NCBI RefSeq assembly: GCF_006345805.1
Contig: NC_043011.1
Coordinates: 12,152,001-12,216,000, forward strand
DNA: 64,000 bases
Source: Octopus sinensis
Taxonomy: Eukaryota
Direction: 5' to 3'
The position numbers and the translations under genes were made by a program. The notes under the pieces are model-generated. The model ran no database searches, was not told the DNA's origin, and worked only from the letters and a program-made list of their open reading frames with translations. Shown in pieces: positions 1 to 11,723 of this stretch. Position 1 is the stretch's first letter. Each line of letters starts with the position of its first letter.

Positions 1-730
1 TCCATTTACTCATCGTTTCTACATATAAATGTTTTGGATTATATTTTTCTTAAGCCAAAACAATGTAAGTTATTAAAATAATATAAGTTGATAGTTTTAC
101 ATGATATTTCAGCATTTCAGAATTAGGACCCCTTCCCCAATTGTGTTTGTAACTATTGAGCATAAACTTATGGTCATACTGAATGTTATGTTCCTTTTTG
201 TGTGAGAAAGGTGCCAATGGTGTATGTTTGTGTCCTTGCAGTAGAGATCAGTTGTAATTGTCTCATTTTCGTTAATTATCAGTCTGTCCTGGAAAAGAAA
301 GTTTCCTTTCATTCACTTCCATAGTGAACTGAATCAATTCATGAATGCCATTTATTAATTTAAATCTTGGAAAGTTCTCCTGAATTTTGTTCCAAAATAT
401 AAAGCAGCTATCTAAGAATCTTTTTCAGTTCTCTGTTAAGTAAGATTAGAATTGTTAACAAAAGTAATTCCAGACAAGGTATAGATTTGTTTTCTTTCAG
501 GAATCCCATTACTCATTCTCTCTCTTTCTTTTCTCTCTTTTACTTGTTTCAGTCATTTGACTGCTACCATGCTGGAGCACCGCCTTTAGTCGAGCAAATC
601 AACCCCGAGACTTATTCTTTGTAAGCCCAGTACTTATTCTATCGGTCTCTTTTGCCGAACCGCTAAGTTACGGGGACGTAAACACACCAGCATCGGTTGT
701 CAAGCAATGCTAGGGGGACAAACACAAACT

Positions 731-778
<48 letters not shown>

Positions 779-1490
779 CATACATATATACAACAGGCTT
801 CTTTCAGTTTCCGTCTACCAACTCCACTCACAAGGCATTGGTCAGCCCGGGGCTATAGAAGAAGACTCTTGCCCAAGATGCCACGCAGTGGGCCTGAACC
901 CAGAACCATGTGGTTGGTCACTTTGCCATACCTTGTATTTGTAGGTTATATTGGTTATCAAAGAAGTAGTAGCTGTTTTCCAGTACCAACTGCAATCCTT
1001 CAACTCTTTTGGGAAATCTCTGCTGAATTCCTTGTGGGCATTTGTCTATCCAAGAGTTCTACTGCTTCTTATCCTTATAATCATTATCGATGGGATATAT
1101 TTATGTAGAGTCTGATTATGTCAGAACCTTCATGTAGGAAGTCCATGTTTCATCTGTTGAAACTTGGGACCAATTTGCACAAAGGTTTCATGATTATATC
1201 AAGCAAATCGCTTAATTGTTGAGTGCTAGATGTTGGCACTGCAACAATTGAACATAATTTAAGATCAGATGGTTTGGAAATCTTCACATATGGTGTATGG
1301 AGGTCCTTTAAGCTGTTATTTCAGATTTATGAACTTTTGGAAGTCCATAAAAGTTACTTGTTTGTATCTGAAAATTATTGAGGTGATTTATTAGGTTTTT
1401 GGTATATTTCTGTTTTTGAAAGTATGTATTTAGTTCTACCAGTCATTTCTCTCTGTTTTTCTTTAGTCCTTTTTTAATTGGTCATAGTTT
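1..1490 (-). mobile_element. Penelope-like retroelement RT remnant (frameshifted, interrupted by a SINE at 538-921)
   Basis: Minus-strand pieces read WIDKCPQGIQQRFP..EGLQLVLENSYYFFDNQYNLQIQGMA (~925-1055), KRFLDSCFIFW (degenerate YxDD motif, ~390-425) and TDLYCKDTN..HTKRNITFS (ORF 109-312), in Penelope RT order. Confidence 0.8.
538..921 (-). mobile_element. tRNA-derived SINE, family A, with internal (CA)/(TA) microsatellite
   Basis: Near-collinear with the copy at 58346-58733; tRNA-like head at the right end (~840-921); splits the Penelope RT. Confidence 0.8.
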
Positions 1491-1539
1491 CTATATATAA
1501 ATGTTTTGGGTTACATTTTTCTTTACTCATAGTTTCATC

Positions 1540-1921
1540 ATGATCGTCATCATCGTTGTTTAACGTCTGCTTTCCATGCTAGCATGGGTTGGACGATTTT
1601 GACTGAGGGCTGGCGAACCAGATAGCTGCACCAAGCTCCAATCTTGATCTGGCGCATTGAGAAAGTACTCTCGTGTCTAAAATGCAGCCAACCCATGAAC
1701 TAACAACACACGCACCATGTGTATGTTTGTTTGATTTTGTTTACAAATATATATCATCATCGTTTAACATCTGTTTTCCATGCTGATATGGGTTGGACGA
1801 TTTTGACTGAGGGTTGTCGAACCAGATGGCTGCACCAGGCTCCAATCTTGATCTGGCAGAGTTTCTACAGCTGGATGCCCTTCCTAATGCCAACCACTCT
1901 GAGAATGTAGTGGGTGCTTTT
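1540..1921 (-). mobile_element. Two partial copies of RTE-tail SINE/LINE 3' end, family B
   Basis: Both start (catcat)n-cgtttaac..ttccatgct..atgggttggacg, a motif repeated at 14816, 15856, 18854 and 43543. Confidence 0.75.
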
Positions 1922-2160
1922 ATATAAATGTTTTGGGTTATATTTTGCTTAAGCCAAAACAATGTTAAGTTATTAAAATAATTTAAGCTGATAGTATTAC
2001 ATGATATTTCAACATTTCAGAGTTAGGACCCCTTCCTCAGTAAATCTTTGGAAAAAATTTGTTATTTGCTGATTTTCTCCATAGATTTCCTGAGTAAGCA
2101 GTCGTAACTCTGAAATATTGAAATACTTGGTAAAACTATCAACCTGTATTATTCTTATGA
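1921..2160 (-). repeat. Diverged duplicate of the Penelope segment at 23-140
   Basis: tataaatgttttgggttatatttt..aagccaaaacaatg..atgatatttc..cagagttaggaccccttcc matches 23-140. Confidence 0.7.
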
Positions 2161-2259
2161 CTTACATTGTTTTGCATTTAAAAAAAAAAATGATAAAAAA
2201 CATATCTGTTGTGTGTGTGTGTGTGTGTGTGTCTCCCCCAAGCAATAAACATTAATATC

Positions 2260-2475
2260 TGTTTCTTTATTACCCAGAAGGGGCTAAACATAGAGGGGAC
2301 AAACAAGAATAGACAAACAACCCCAGTGCGTAACTGGTACTTAATTTATCGACCCCGAAAGGATGAAAGGCAAAGTCGACCTCAGCGGAATTTGAACTCA
2401 GAACGTAACGGCAGACGAAATACGGCTACGCATTTCGCCCGGTGTGCTAACTGTTCTGCTAGCTCGCTGCCTTCA
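2260..2475 (-). mobile_element. tRNA-derived SINE, family C (resembles Nin-domain SINEs)
   Basis: Core atttatcgaccccgaaaggatgaaaggcaaagtcgacc..gaatttgaactc; other copies at ~19735-19886, 55060-55225, 57157-57235, 60815-61015 and 61365-61450; the Nin label is from memory. Confidence 0.7.
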
Positions 2476-2924
2476 CTGCCATTAATATTTTTCCACCATC
2501 TAGTAATAATCATGTAAAGGGAGATAATTCCATTTTAACCATCATTTTTCAATTTTATGATTCTTTCTCTCTCACTCTCTCTGTTGCTGTGTGTATCTGC
2601 TTTCAATACCAAATTATAACTGAAAGAAATACAAAAAACAATAACAACAAACAAATAAATTAATAAAGTAAGAAAGCCAATTACAAAACAATTTTAGCCC
2701 TAATATGCAAGTACCAAAGGGCCAGAGCTCAACTTCATGCATCCAATTGTTTCTTTTCACTTGTCAACTGGGTCTAATATATCTGTGGAACCCAATAAAT
2801 TATCTTTATAAATCATGATAAGTTTATCTTTTGTCACTTTTTATGTACACATCTCTCTTGTATTTATTGGCTGTAAAAATATGATCAAAACCATTAGTCA
2901 GAAAACAGCACAGCTCCCATGACT

Positions 2925-3230
2925 TTAGGAAACATTTTTTCACGCTAAGAGTTGCTGAAGCATGGAACAGACTGCTGGCATCATTTGTTAGTTGTCAGAG
3001 CACTGCATCCTTCAAAACTTCCATGCTTCCTGAGATTCGCCAACACTACACCTGATTTTCTCCCCTCCATACACACTCAAGCATGTATCTGACTCATACA
3101 CTGTTTACTTCCCAGACATTTGTACATTACTTCTTATACTTTATATGCACTTTTTGACAAGTTGTGGTGCACCTGAGCACTGTATACAATAATTTCATTA
3201 TTATCATTATTATCATTATTATTATTATTG
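2925..3230 (+). mobile_element. Probable LINE 3' end with (TTA)n tail
   Basis: Ends gcacctgagcactgtatacaataatttc-(att/atc)n, a tail-like structure; family not assigned. Confidence 0.4.
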
Positions 3231-3722
3231 AGATTCACATCATAAGAGACTTGAATTTTTACAAGTTTTCCTGGCCCTCACTCATCTTCCTGTATTTTTT
3301 TGTAGGAGTATTTTAAATGCCGAGATAATGATGACGAAAGAGTCTTCATTATTATTTTAATATTTTGATATGATATTTATAGAATGAAAGTTAAAACTGA
3401 TAGTCACAGTCTGATCAATGGCTAATCCAAACTTTTAATTAAAATGGATTTTACATCTTTGCAGTGAGTTTACTGTTGTTTATGGCAACTACATTACAAT
3501 TGCAAATGTTATACAACTCGTCCACAAATATCAAGCTGTAATAATGTTGCATCAGTATTCCTACATATAACTTAATATGGTGGATCACAGCAGCAGATTA
3601 CACACTCCTGCTCAAAGGAACTATGGAAATGGCATTCCTATGTATACAGAGTGTCACCCTGAAATGTAGGAGTGCATCATTGCAGTCACACTGATACCAT
3701 ACTTTTTCTTTGTTTATGGTAA

Positions 3723-4086
3723 TCTTTATATATATAAATGGCAAAATGTCTGTGTGTGTGTCCTTTATACAAATCCTCAATTCTTCAGTTAGAGGGCTCG
3801 CACTTTCTATGGTCATTCAAAACCGTCCAAGGGTGGTCATGCACATCTTTACATTTCCCCAGTCACCCTGCAGAGCCATTAAAAAGTCAATAGAAGTGAC
3901 ATTTTTGTGAATTTTCTATCCAAAACCCAATCAAAATGCCCGAAACTTGATACGCCAATTGAATGCCAGCTAGCTGTATGTGATTGGTTGGAGATTTGGA
4001 CAGTACTCGCGTGTATGTGCGCACGCACGCAGCTGTATATGCATGCACTAGCACTATGACCCGGCAATGCCGGGTCATAGTACTAG
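3723..4086 (+). mobile_element. Non-autonomous Helitron (364 bp)
   Basis: 5' A|TCTTTATATATATAAATGG at 3723; 3' hairpin GACCCGGCAATGCCGGGTC then CTAG|T at 4083-4087; A/T target, no TSD. Confidence 0.8.
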
Positions 4087-4658
4087 TATGAATTTAAAAC
4101 GTGTAAGTGTACATTTGTTTTTACAATAAATAAAAATAAACCTGAAGGTAACTTTAAAACGTTTCTTTCCTCACCTCAACTTGTTACATCCTCTGTGCAA
4201 CATAGGATACTCTCTACTCTATTCAATCATACTCTACTTACATTAATCAACTGGGAAGTAAGTATAATCTGCAGACACAGATTATAATCAGTGACATGTG
4301 TACAAAGGTGCAAATATATCAAAATACATACATGTTTACTTATACTTCTGTATGACTTTATTTGGCCACGTCCCGCTTGCATGTGCTTAAATGTTATGTT
4401 TTGCCTTCTAGGCCCATGCAGTGTCATGGGCCAAAACAATTTTCAGCTTCTTGCCTAATATGAGCCCAGAGCAATCTGTTATCTCTTATACTATTTCAGT
4501 ATTACGTGTCAAAAGTGAAACAATAACATCTACCTATTGTACTGTGACATACTTTCAGTTTAATAGTTTCACTATTAATACTGAAACAATTAAAGTGAAA
4601 CTGTTATCTCACATATATACATGCCTACATGCATACATTCATACATACGTACATACCT

Positions 4659-5117
4659 AGTTCAGTTATTGGTATTTCAATCAATAGATTTGTGGGTATT
4701 CCAATTCAGATAATCCAAAAAGAATATAACAAGTATTTATGATGGAAAATTCGTGGTATTTATATGCTCATTAAGAAATAATAATTGAAGATAAAACCAG
4801 TACAATAGCAGGGTATAAAATATACTACCTTAATTAGTCCTCACTTAAGTCAAAAATATAATTAGAAAGAAACTACACGTGTTTCTGTATTGGAAGATCA
4901 GAATATTTATAATGATCATATTTATAATTCTACCAACACATCTTCAGGTTCATTTTTCATAATATTGTTCAGCTATTTTAAATCATCATAATTAAGTGCT
5001 AAATTAAAAATTAAGAAAATATACTTTACAAAATTAAAAATAAAAAAAATTAAAAATTATAAGTCATAAGTATAAATTAGCATACATATATCAAATTTAG
5101 AATGTTCAATATATATA

Positions 5118-5176
<59 letters not shown>

Positions 5177-5930
5177 TTGTTAGCCACTACACACATTTTT
5201 TTCTCTCCTTGTTTCTCTCCTTCTCTTTTCTGTGTCCCTTTCTGTAGAAGAGCATAGGCTCAAAACGTAAAAGACTTTTTCTATTTCTGAGCGTTATACT
5301 AATACATCTGTTTGTTTTGTACACCACCTGTCTTCGTCTTTTGTTTTTTTCGTAAACTCTCCCTATATATATATAATTAAATAAATTAATTAATTAAATA
5401 TGAAATATTACATTATAACAAATTATATATATCCCTCAAAATAGTTGGATAGAATATAATAGAAGCAGATAATTTAAACTTTGCATAGTGGGATTACCCC
5501 CCTTAGAACTAACCACCTATAAATTCCCATAGTACTCTGCTATATTCACTTACATTTAATCACAGACATCTTCATTCTGATTTATAATTTTATGATTTTA
5601 TATTGGACATGTTAAGTTTGATATATGTATGCTAATTTATATTTATAATTTTTAATTTTGTAAAGTTTATTTTCTTAATTTTTAATTTAACGCTTAATTT
5701 TTAATTTAACATGTAGTTCTTTTCTAATTATAATTTTAACTTAAGTAATGGTAAATTAAGGTAATATATTTTATGCCCTGCTATTGTACTAGTTTTATCC
5801 ATAAGTATTATTTCTTGATGTGCATATAAATACCACGAATTTTCCATCATACATACTTGTTATATTCTTTTTGCATTATCTGGAATGGAATACCCACAAA
5901 TCTATTGATTGGAATCCCAATAACTGAGCT
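4659..5930. repeat. ~220-bp inverted repeat pair (4659-4880 and 5709-5930)
   Basis: tcagttattggtatttcaatcaatagatttgtgggtattcc..gatggaaaattcgtggtatttatatg..gtacaatagcaggg recurs as reverse complement; roughly 85% identical by eye. Confidence 0.8.
5175..5360 (+). mobile_element. Short (TA)n-flanked repeat with a degenerate hammerhead-like motif
   Basis: CTTT-CTGTAGA-A-GAGC-ATAG-GCTC-AAAAC-GTA-AAAG at 5238-5273. Confidence 0.45.
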
Positions 5931-6301
5931 GTTATTAATTTTTATTATTATATATTTTATATATTTCTGTATAGATATATATATATATAAATGTATTATA
6001 ATCATCACCCCACTGCATGATATGCTGATGTGGAATGCACAGTGTGTATTTTTCATATTGGAATGCATGTAATGCTGAAGGGTGTGTGCCTGATAGATTT
6101 GGAAATTCGCTGTCCCACATTCAAATTAATAAACTCATACATGTACATATATATATAGATTTATATGTTTATATGTATGTATATATATATGTGTATATAT
6201 ATACGTATGTGTATATATGTATAAATATATGTATATATGTATATATATTCACATATATATATACATACATATATATATACATATATATATATATGTGTGT
6301 G

Positions 6302-6458
6302 CAGGTGTGGCTGTGTGGTAAGAAACTTGGTTCCAAAGCACATGGTCCTGGGTTCAGTCCCACTGTATGGTAACTTGGCATGTGTTTTCTGCCACAGCCT
6401 TAGACCAATCAAAGCCTTGTTAGTGGATTTGGTAGACAGAAACTGAAAGAAATCCATT
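6302..6458 (+). mobile_element. SINE family A head (5' portion)
   Basis: ggtgtggctgtgtggtaagaaacttgg..gggttcagtccc (A/B-box-like), reverse complement of the right end of 538-921. Confidence 0.7.
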
Positions 6459-6743
6459 ATATATATATATGTATATATGTAAATGTATGTGTGTGTGTTT
6501 GTGTTTCTCCCTCATCCCCATAACTTACTGGTTTGACAAGAAGACACTGATAGAATAAGTACCATGCTTATCAAAATAAAAGAAGAAAGCACTGGGGTTG
6601 ATTCGTTTAACAAAAAAATTCTTCAAGGCAGTGTCTCATATTTCTGTTTGCCCTCTCAATTGTATCTATTAATCTATCTTTCTGTATATATATATATATA
6701 TATATATATGATACACACACACATACATATGTGCATATGTATA

Positions 6744-8638
6744 TCTATTATATGAAAGTCAGTGTCTTTATGTGTGTTTGTATGTTACATATACACTTGA
6801 AAACTACTGCACTGATCCTAATGAAATTTGGAACACAAAATCCAAGCCTAGGGAGAAGGGTAATGCCATATGTTTTATACAATTTCATGGACCAAAATTC
6901 CTGAATGGATCCTTATGATATTTGGAACTTAGATTCAATGCAGGTGGTTATAATGCAGTATGTTTGGTTTGAATTTGAGGTGGCTTAAAAGGGGCAGAAC
7001 CCCCCATGAAAATTCATTAATTTCTGATGTTGATGAAATTTCAACCATAGGTAATTGACACATATCAAGGAGTCTCCCTTAAGTATCTGTTTCTCATGAG
7101 GATTCTAATGGGGGCCTTAATTCCCAAATTTTAGTCATTTTTTATGATCCAAAACTAGGTCAAAAGTACTGAATAGATCTTTATGAAATTTGGAAATTAT
7201 ATTCTATGCATAAGAACAGATGTAATACAATATATGTTTGAAAGTGAGGGGCCATAAATGAAGCCATAACCCCCATGAAAATTCATATATTTTTGCTGTT
7301 GATGAAATTTTAACCATAGATATTAGACACAATGAAGTAATATACCTAAAATTCCAATTACTTAGGAATTAGTAAGACCCCTTAATGGGGGCTTAACCCC
7401 ACCACTATTTAGTCATTCTTTTCCTAAGCCAAGACGAATTCAGTTGTACTCTTGGAAGCAGTAGAGAGTCACCCGAGCAAACAAGATGAGCATTATTTGT
7501 AATTCAATGGTGCAACAATGTAAGAATTTACTTTGAGATATATTTAGATTGTGATTTCTGCAATGTGGTGCATAAATTGTCAAGTAAAGGAGAGGCATCT
7601 TTGCCTCCACTGATTCAGTTGTAAAGTGTTATTTCAAGTAAAGTTATTTGTCTTGGGGAAATTCTGAACCTGGGTTCTCATTCCTAAGGTATTTATCAAT
7701 GTTATTATTATTATTCAGGTCACTGCCTGGAATGAGACTTGGATCTTGGGGTTAGTAGCCCACACTCTTAACCACTACGCCATTGCAGACCTCCTTTGAG
7801 TCTTTTTAATATCACTGGGTCAGAGATAGTCCCCAGATGGTAACATTGATTTCAAGACTTTTCCAGATAAGTGATTGGTCATTCAAAGAGATTTATAGAT
7901 TACAAATTTATTCTGTTCAGTTACCTGTCGGCATAGTGATCATTGGCAAACTCCAGAGGTGAAACTTTCATTTCCCCTTAGCCCTCATGTCACACAGTTG
8001 TTAATGTTTATCTGAGTTGGGTCACACCCTTTCAATTGCTGTAGATCCGTAATGCATCTTATGGCTGTGCCAATCACCTGTATGGTGAGGAATCCTACAT
8101 TGGGGAGTGGTAATGACTAGGGTAGTGTAGCTGACTGCTTATTGTGATCATTCGTCTTTTGGTTTCCTGTAGCTTTGTTCTCTTTTGCAAACCCAGTGAA
8201 CATTCATATATTTCTGATTTGAAAGAAATTTGAATAATAGATATAAGACACAAGTTAAAAAAGATTCCCAACAATTAAACTTCTCTGGTTGACTTAAAGA
8301 CCCCCACCACCACCATCACCGCTAATAGGGGCCTTAACTCCCACATTTTAGAGCTCCATGTGCTCCATTTTTCAGGAGCAAAAACCTTTGAATAAGTTAT
8401 TTAAAATTTCGATTTTAGAATTTAGGCATAAAGACGAGCAGTATGGGATAAATATGTCATGATTAGAATTTTTGTTAGGATGTGTAAAGAGGGAAAGACC
8501 CCTCATTAAAATTCTTAATCTCCAATTTTGATGAAATTCAAATCATAGGTATTCCAGTTCATTAAAAAAAAATATATAAAAGAAAAGTCTAATTCTTCAA
8601 TTCCATGTGACACGAGCAATGCCGAGTATCTCTGCTCG
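6744..8638 (+). mobile_element. Non-autonomous Helitron with internal repeated modules and nested insertions
   Basis: 5' A|TCTATTATATGAAAGTCAG at 6744; repeated ccccatgaaaattcat..gatgaaattt..accatag modules; degenerate 3' end cacgagcaatgccgagtatctctgCTCG|T at 8635-8639. Confidence 0.65.
7649..7782 (-). mobile_element. Truncated copy of the tRNA-headed SINE seen at 29669-30102 (ends before the hammerhead core)
   Basis: tgtcttggggaaattctgaacctggg..ttcaggtcactgcctggaat..cactcttaaccactacgcca matches the fold-back arms. Confidence 0.75.
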
Positions 8639-8846
8639 TGTTCTATAAGTGTTTATGTTGGTTTACCACTAAAACTCTGGCTTGAACTACAACTAAAACA
8701 AAGGTAGTAAAGAAGAGCCTAGCAAAGAATGGCTATAAGTGGTTCATCATTGAGCTGTTAGATATATATTAAAAAGAAAGAATGAACATGCAAAACTTGT
8801 TCATTCTTTCTTTCTAAGATATGCACACACATACATGAATACATAT

Positions 8847-11450
8847 TGTTGTAATGTAATTTGTTACATAAAATAAATAAGATAACTAGACAACAGTAAA
8901 AACAATGTAACGAACTAACAAATCTCTTTATGAACCAACAATCAGTATTCCTTCTGAACTAACCAACCTATACCTTCTGGCCTCACTGCAATCTTACGCA
9001 AACTTCACTCAACTCTGAACTCTTGAACTCACTCAAATCATTACTGTTTATACTTTACTTGGACCAGTCTATCTCTCGCAAGGGGGCGTTGTAACTCTCA
9101 GCACAACATCTCTCCTTTTGAGATTTCAACTACTGTGGGAAAGTGTTATTTCTTTTATTTTTAATTTTTTCCAGCACTTCTCCCTATCATTTTTTTTAGC
9201 TGTTCTATCTTAATTTTTTTCCGACTTTTAAGGTAATGTTGTTCGTTGCACACAGCACTTTTTCTTTTTGTTGTACTAAGCACTTTTTTTTTGAAAATTT
9301 AGTATCTTTTTTGTTTAGGTATTACTTCCACTTATTCAGTCTGTTTTCATTTTCTGAAGCTAGTTGTATGGGGTTCAGTATCTCTCAGTGCTGGCACTTC
9401 AAACATATCATAGCAGACTTCCATTGGTATTACCTTTCGTTCTTCTGTATGTCTCATCTTTAACTGGTTAAGGTGTCTCTTATGTTCCAAATATTGTTCT
9501 TTAATTAAATACATCATGTTACCTACTCTATTGATTACACAGCCATCCTCCTAACCTTCTTTACCACTTTTGTAATTTTGAAAATGAACTTTATCTCCTA
9601 CTTCGAAAAGTTTTGTAATATTTCTTGTATTTCCTTCAAATGTATTTTTTGTCTTTCCTTTTTATATACTTTTTCCTAACAATTTATTTAAGATCAATTT
9701 TATTTCATGGTTGAACATAAACTCTGCTGGTGACTTTCCTGAGTTAATATTTGGATTTGGTGTTATTCTATATACTCTCAAAAATTTCGTTAGTGTCTCG
9801 TCATTAGCTCATTTCTAGCTTTTCTTAGAGCTCTTTTGAATGTGTCGACAAATCTTTTCACCTGCCCTCTTGACCTTGGGTGGAAGGGTGGGATAAAGAG
9901 GTCCATTTTGCATAATCCACTTTTTTTCCCAATCTGTCCAACTCTTCACCCACTTTATTACTGCAAAAGGCACTTACCTATTCGGCTTGAACACAGGTGT
10001 AACATTATCATCTAATCCAAAACAGACTTCAGTCTTTGTGCATAGGCCTGTTTGTCCTAGAGTACTTGCGGAAACACTGTTTTTTTTTATATTTTCTCTT
10101 TAACTCTTCAGACGAATTATTTTTAGAGGGACAACCATTTATGTTTTTACAATAAAGATTTATGAATCTATTGGTACCAAACAGATTGGTTGCATTTTTA
10201 ATGATGAAGTCTTTTCCCTTGAGATCTGACATTAGTTCACATTTCACCTATGAAATGTAATTTGTTGCCTGTCATGAGCAGATTTTGCTGCTTTTCTCAG
10301 GTTTCCCTATTTTCTTTCACATGTCTATATTTATTATTGAAATATCACTTCCAGTATCCAATTGAAGTTTGATATATATTCCATCTATTTTTACATGTAC
10401 GAATTTTATTATTTGGGAGTCAATTTTTCTTTCTGCTGAGAGCACTCTAGGATTTTTAATGCTTGCCCTTCGTTATTTTGTTTTGCAGTGTGAACTCTTG
10501 TGACCAGTTCTTTTGCAACTGTAACATTTTTGATTTTTAAACAGACAGTCTTTTCTGAAATGCATGCCCCTACATCCATAACATGGATTAGGATGTGGCA
10601 CTCTTTTTCGGTTGTACTTTTCTGGTTGACATATCTGTATTTTTGAGGAATCCTTTTCTTGAATTTTTTTCTATATTGTGTTTCAGGTTTACCATCCTTT
10701 GCCATTCTTCTGCCATGGACTGTAAGATTAGATCTTGGTTTGCTTGTTCAAATTTAGAAAGAATTCTTGCCTGAATTTCTGTATCTTTATTCGCTGTAAG
10801 GCCTTGTATGAAAATAAGACACTTGAACATCTCAGGTGTAAACTCTTTGACTTTAAAACTTTCACACATCCTGTTGACTGTTCCTACATATGTGATAAAA
10901 TCATCACTCTCTTTTTTTCATTATATTCCAACACTTCATTCAAGTGTTAAATAGAGAGGTTTTATCACCGAATATGTTAGACAGTAGTTCTGTTGTTTCT
11001 TTAAAACAAATTTCATTGGGTTTTTTTGACAATATGAAATTACAGTAACGTTCATGCTCTGATGGAGCTAATTTTCACAATAACGATCTCACTTTTTGTT
11101 TGTCCAACCATGATTTGCAATCTTGCTTAAAAGTCTCCTCATACCTTTTGTAGTACGATGCAAAAGTTATGCCATCCTCTGGGTTATAACCGAATTCATT
11201 AATCGAGTTTGAAATGCCATCTGGTGAAAGTGAATTTATCTCATTTTTGGACTTATTTGAATATAGTTTAAATAATTATTGTTGTAGTTGTTGCTGTAAT
11301 AGTTGCTTCTGCAACTCCTGTTGCTGCTCTTGTTGTTGCTTTTGCAACTGAACTATGCAAGTTAATAGGACTTCCATTATTTAACAAGTTGTATCATGAA
11401 CAAATTGTTAAATAACCTACATGAGATTCGAAACCCTCATCGCCAGATGT
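8847..11450 (-). mobile_element. Internally deleted Ty3/Gypsy LTR retrotransposon (gag, protease, integrase C-terminal part, 3' LTR)
   Basis: PBS TGGCGATGAGG at 11435-11445 (tRNA-Ser-like); gag FKCLIFIQGL..QARILSKFEQ; protease KLQLDTGSDISII (~10340-10365); integrase PPFHPRSRGQVKRFVDTFKRAL and YRITPNPN..SPAEFMF; PPT AAAAGGAGAGA at 9109-9119; 3' LTR 8847-9108 with TGTTGT..ACAACA ends. Confidence 0.85.
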
Positions 11451-11723
11451 TGTAAAAACATGTGTGTATACATATGTGTAATAGTTGATATCACCTTACT
11501 GTCAATGGTAGTGTAGGGCATTAGCTATGTACTTGTAAGAAACAAACTATAAACAAGGACTTTCACTGCAGACTAGTTAGTCCACAGAGAAGGGACTTCT
11601 GGGTTAGGGTTAGGGTAGCAAACAAAACCTGAGCTGAAATGGCTGAGTGTTATTGATGATTGACATAAACAACACACTCTTGTTTGTTGTTATTTTTCAG
11701 TATAGCTTAACAAAAGCTGTAAG

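Noticed and set aside
11601-11616. GGGTTAGGGTTAGGGT telomere-like repeat
   Set aside because: Only about two units, inside an LTR-like interval; not a telomere or a meaningful interstitial array
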